Both the position numbers and the translations under genes were made by a program. Of a stretch of DNA of 18,086 nt, positions 15,981-18,086 are shown one piece after another. The stretch covers positions 1-18,086 of the forward strand of contig JAHHIK010000141.1 of assembly GCA_019358935.1 (NCBI GenBank), given 5' to 3'. The notes under the pieces were generated by a model. It did no database searches. It worked only from the letters and a program-made list of their open reading frames with translations, and had not been told where the DNA came from. This DNA comes from Tolypothrix carrinoi HA7290-LM1. GTDB taxonomy: Bacteria; Cyanobacteriota; Cyanobacteriia; Cyanobacteriales; Nostocaceae. How positions within the stretch are numbered: the first letter of the stretch is position 1; every line of letters starts with the position of its first letter.

Positions 15981-16934
15981 ATGAAGAACATTCACGCGAA
16001 TCAAAAAATTTTTTGTGCAGGTTTTGATAATGGCTATGGAAGCGTCAAACTGTTGGTCGATGGTTTTGATGTGGTGAGAATTCCCAGTTACATCTCACGA
16101 GAAGACATGGAGGATGTACCCGGTCGGGTGGTTTATAACGGCAACGCCTACACTATTGGTGAGTCGGCTTTCCGCACTGGATACTACTTTGAACGGAATA
16201 CGGACAACAACATTAACAAAGTAAATAACGCCCTCATCACTTTATTGGGTGCGTTAGCTCACTTGCCATATCGTAAGGCTTGGCACTTAAAGCTCGTTGT
16301 TAGCTTGCATGACGTGGCTCTAACTGATGACTTGCTGAAAGTGCTTAATGGTGAATATCAACCTTTATTGGCTGGCAAGCTATCTGATATCAAAGTAGAA
16401 GTTCTCAAAGTCGTACCTGAAGGTATGGGTGCTCTGGTGGGTAGAAAACTCCCCAAAAAGTTAACTGTTGTAGATTTTGGGAATGGGACAACACTTTATT
16501 CTCGTTACAACCAAGGTAAAAGAGAAGTCCATACCCCCTACGCTGCAGGAGTGGAAGTTCTCATTGGTGAGATTGCCAAGAAGATGAAACCTCTCAACGG
16601 TGGTAAGCTTGGGGACTTATCGAAAATTCGCTTTTGTTTAGAAATGGGACACACCAAATACAGCCGCGATATTGATATCAAAGATGTTTACAGTGTTTGC
16701 TTAAAGGAATGGTATGAAAGCTATTTGAAAAAACCAGTCAATCTCGCTCTTGATGCCAAACACCAAGGGGATGACATTTGGGCGATCGGTGGCGGTTGCT
16801 TGCTTCCTGGTTTTAAAAAACTGCTCGTGCAGAACGGGTTTGAAATTCTAGACAACCCAGTAGAGGCCAATTCTTGTGGACTATTTCAAATGGCTAAAAC
16901 CATTGTCAACTCTTCTTCTACCAACGAAGCTTAG
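15981..16934 (+). CDS. parM: ParM/StbA-family actin-like ATPase
   Basis: Phosphate-1 GFDNGYGSVK, connect VVPEGMGA, phosphate-2 VVDFGNGTT and adenosine AIGGG. The probable start is ATG 15981. Confidence 0.9.
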   Translation: MKNIHANQKIFCAGFDNGYGSVKLLVDGFDVVRIPSYISREDMEDVPGRVVYNGNAYTIGESAFRTGYYFERNTDNNINKVNNALITLLGALAHLPYRKAWHLKLVVSLHDVALTDDLLKVLNGEYQPLLAGKLSDIKVEVLKVVPEGMGALVGRKLPKKLTVVDFGNGTTLYSRYNQGKREVHTPYAAGVEVLIGEIAKKMKPLNGGKLGDLSKIRFCLEMGHTKYSRDIDIKDVYSVCLKEWYESYLKKPVNLALDAKHQGDDIWAIGGGCLLPGFKKLLVQNGFEILDNPVEANSCGLFQMAKTIVNSSSTNEA

Positions 16935-16962
16935 CAATTACGAATTACGAATTATATTTATT

Positions 16963-17265
16963 ATGGTTTCTCAGCAAGATAAAACTCCAGAAAAAGTCCG
17001 AATCAAAGACAGCTATCGCGATCGCATCAAAGCAGAATCGCAACGATTGGGTAAAAGTTACCTTGAGACGCTATACTTTATTGTTGATTGCTACTTTGCG
17101 TTTAAGCAGGGCGTGTTACCAATACAGTCTGCGGTAGTTAACACCCATACAACCCCCATAGAACAAAATCAGCCTACTGTAGATGAGTCAACTCATACCC
17201 CAATTGACCCCCAAGTTGAATCCGTTGATGATGAGGAAACTTTTACGCTTGATTGGGAATTGTGA
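16963..17265 (+). CDS. ParR-like small DNA-binding adaptor (probable)
   Basis: 100 aa immediately after parM. It has an RHH-like N-terminus (EKVRIKDSYRDRIKAESQRLGKSYLETLYFIVD), a disordered linker and an acidic/hydrophobic tip (DDEETFTLDWEL). Confidence 0.6.
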   Translation: MVSQQDKTPEKVRIKDSYRDRIKAESQRLGKSYLETLYFIVDCYFAFKQGVLPIQSAVVNTHTTPIEQNQPTVDESTHTPIDPQVESVDDEETFTLDWEL

Positions 17266-17341
17266 ATGACTATAGATTACCAAACTACTGAGCGCTGCAC
17301 CGACTGTGACAAGTTCCGGCTCCGTGGTAGGAAGAATTGCG

Positions 17342-17853
17342 GGTAGTAATGCATAGTAATGATTTAATTTTGTAGACTAGCATTATAGTGATGAATAAAA
17401 TACCAGATAGCACCAATATGATTGTCCAGCATTTTGGAGAACGATAATGTTTTACGAACTAGTCGTCCTACTCGTTGTCGCAAGGTGTTGTTAAATCTTT
17501 CAATGTAGCTCGTTTTACCACTTTCACATGGACACTGCTTGGTGTCGTTTATTGGGTAAAACCTGTTCATAGGCTTCCCAAAAATCTGTGTAACACATTG
17601 CACATTGTCGATAGACAGGTGGTAGCGATTGCCATAATTGTTTTGCTGATTGGCGCTTGGCGATCGCCAATATGTACCCCAACAATTTCTCTGGTTGTAG
17701 CGTCGATTGCAAGCCAAATGAGCGTGTTTATTGGCTTTCGACCCTACATATGACCACATCTCATCCATCTGGATCATCAGCCTCTCTTTGTTTTTTTTTA
17801 GTCACTTCAACAGATTTAGGAACTTGGTAGTATTTCTGGTTGACGTAGTATTG
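17342..17853 (-). mobile_element. IS1-family element, 5'-truncated with a frameshifted transposase
   Basis: Peptides QYYVNQKYYQVPKSVEVTKKK, IQMDEMWSYVGSK, CYTDFWEAYEQVLP and GKTSYIERFNNTLRQRVGRLVRKTLSFSK are split over several frames. An A9 slippery run lies at 17791-17799 and a TIR-like GGTAGTAATGC at 17342. Confidence 0.88.
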
Positions 17854-17964
17854 GGGACTTCCAAATAATAAATTAATCAACAAAAACTAAGAAGCCACGT
17901 TGATCAAAGAATGATAATCATTTGAGGAGAGGAGAAAGGGGTTGCCGACGGCAACCACCTCTGA

Positions 17965-18086
17965 TACCATTTTATTTTAAATATGCTACAGATGGTAAAG
18001 AAGATTTATGCTGAGGAGATGGACAATGTGTGGGGTAGTTAAAATAGATATTACGGAATCCGTTGAAACTCTAAAAACACTATTAA
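17965..18086 (+). mobile_element. Left end of an IS630-family element (runs off the window)
   Basis: TIR-like TACCATTTTATTTTAAATATGCTACAGAT, a GAGGAG RBS, and ATG 18026 reading MCGVVKIDITESVETLKTLL, typical of cyanobacterial IS630 HTH N-termini. Confidence 0.6.

Noticed and set aside
16936..16954. ATTACGA heptamer repeat between parM and the parR-like gene
   Set aside because: It is a common cyanobacterial short tandem repeat of ~2.5 copies with no specific role inferable.

Overview
This is most likely a segment of a plasmid from a filamentous (Nostocales-like) cyanobacterium, judged from at least 13 HIP1 GCGATCGC octamers, heptamer repeats and GTAG/SDR-type dispersed repeats. From left to right it holds: (1) a fused nuclease/IS5 remnant; (2) an AT-rich, HIP1-free three-gene cassette encoding a heme-oxygenase-like diiron enzyme, an MFS transporter and an ATP-grasp ligase, a candidate modified-dipeptide pathway; (3) a repeat-dense block with 114-bp palindromic repeats in a probable rep-gene remnant, a ~700-bp segment bounded by perfect 48-bp inverted repeats, and a 4x85-bp tandem array; (4) an orphan ~406-aa gene and two tandem SSB-type genes; (5) parAB, with an apparently intact IsrB (OMEGA nickase) element and omega-RNA sitting between parA and candidate parS palindromes; (6) debris including MITE-like repeats, a glycosyltransferase fragment and a second, internally deleted IsrB-type element; (7) a parM/parR-like pair; (8) IS1 and IS630 pieces. 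All assignments come from motif recognition by eye; no database searches were run.
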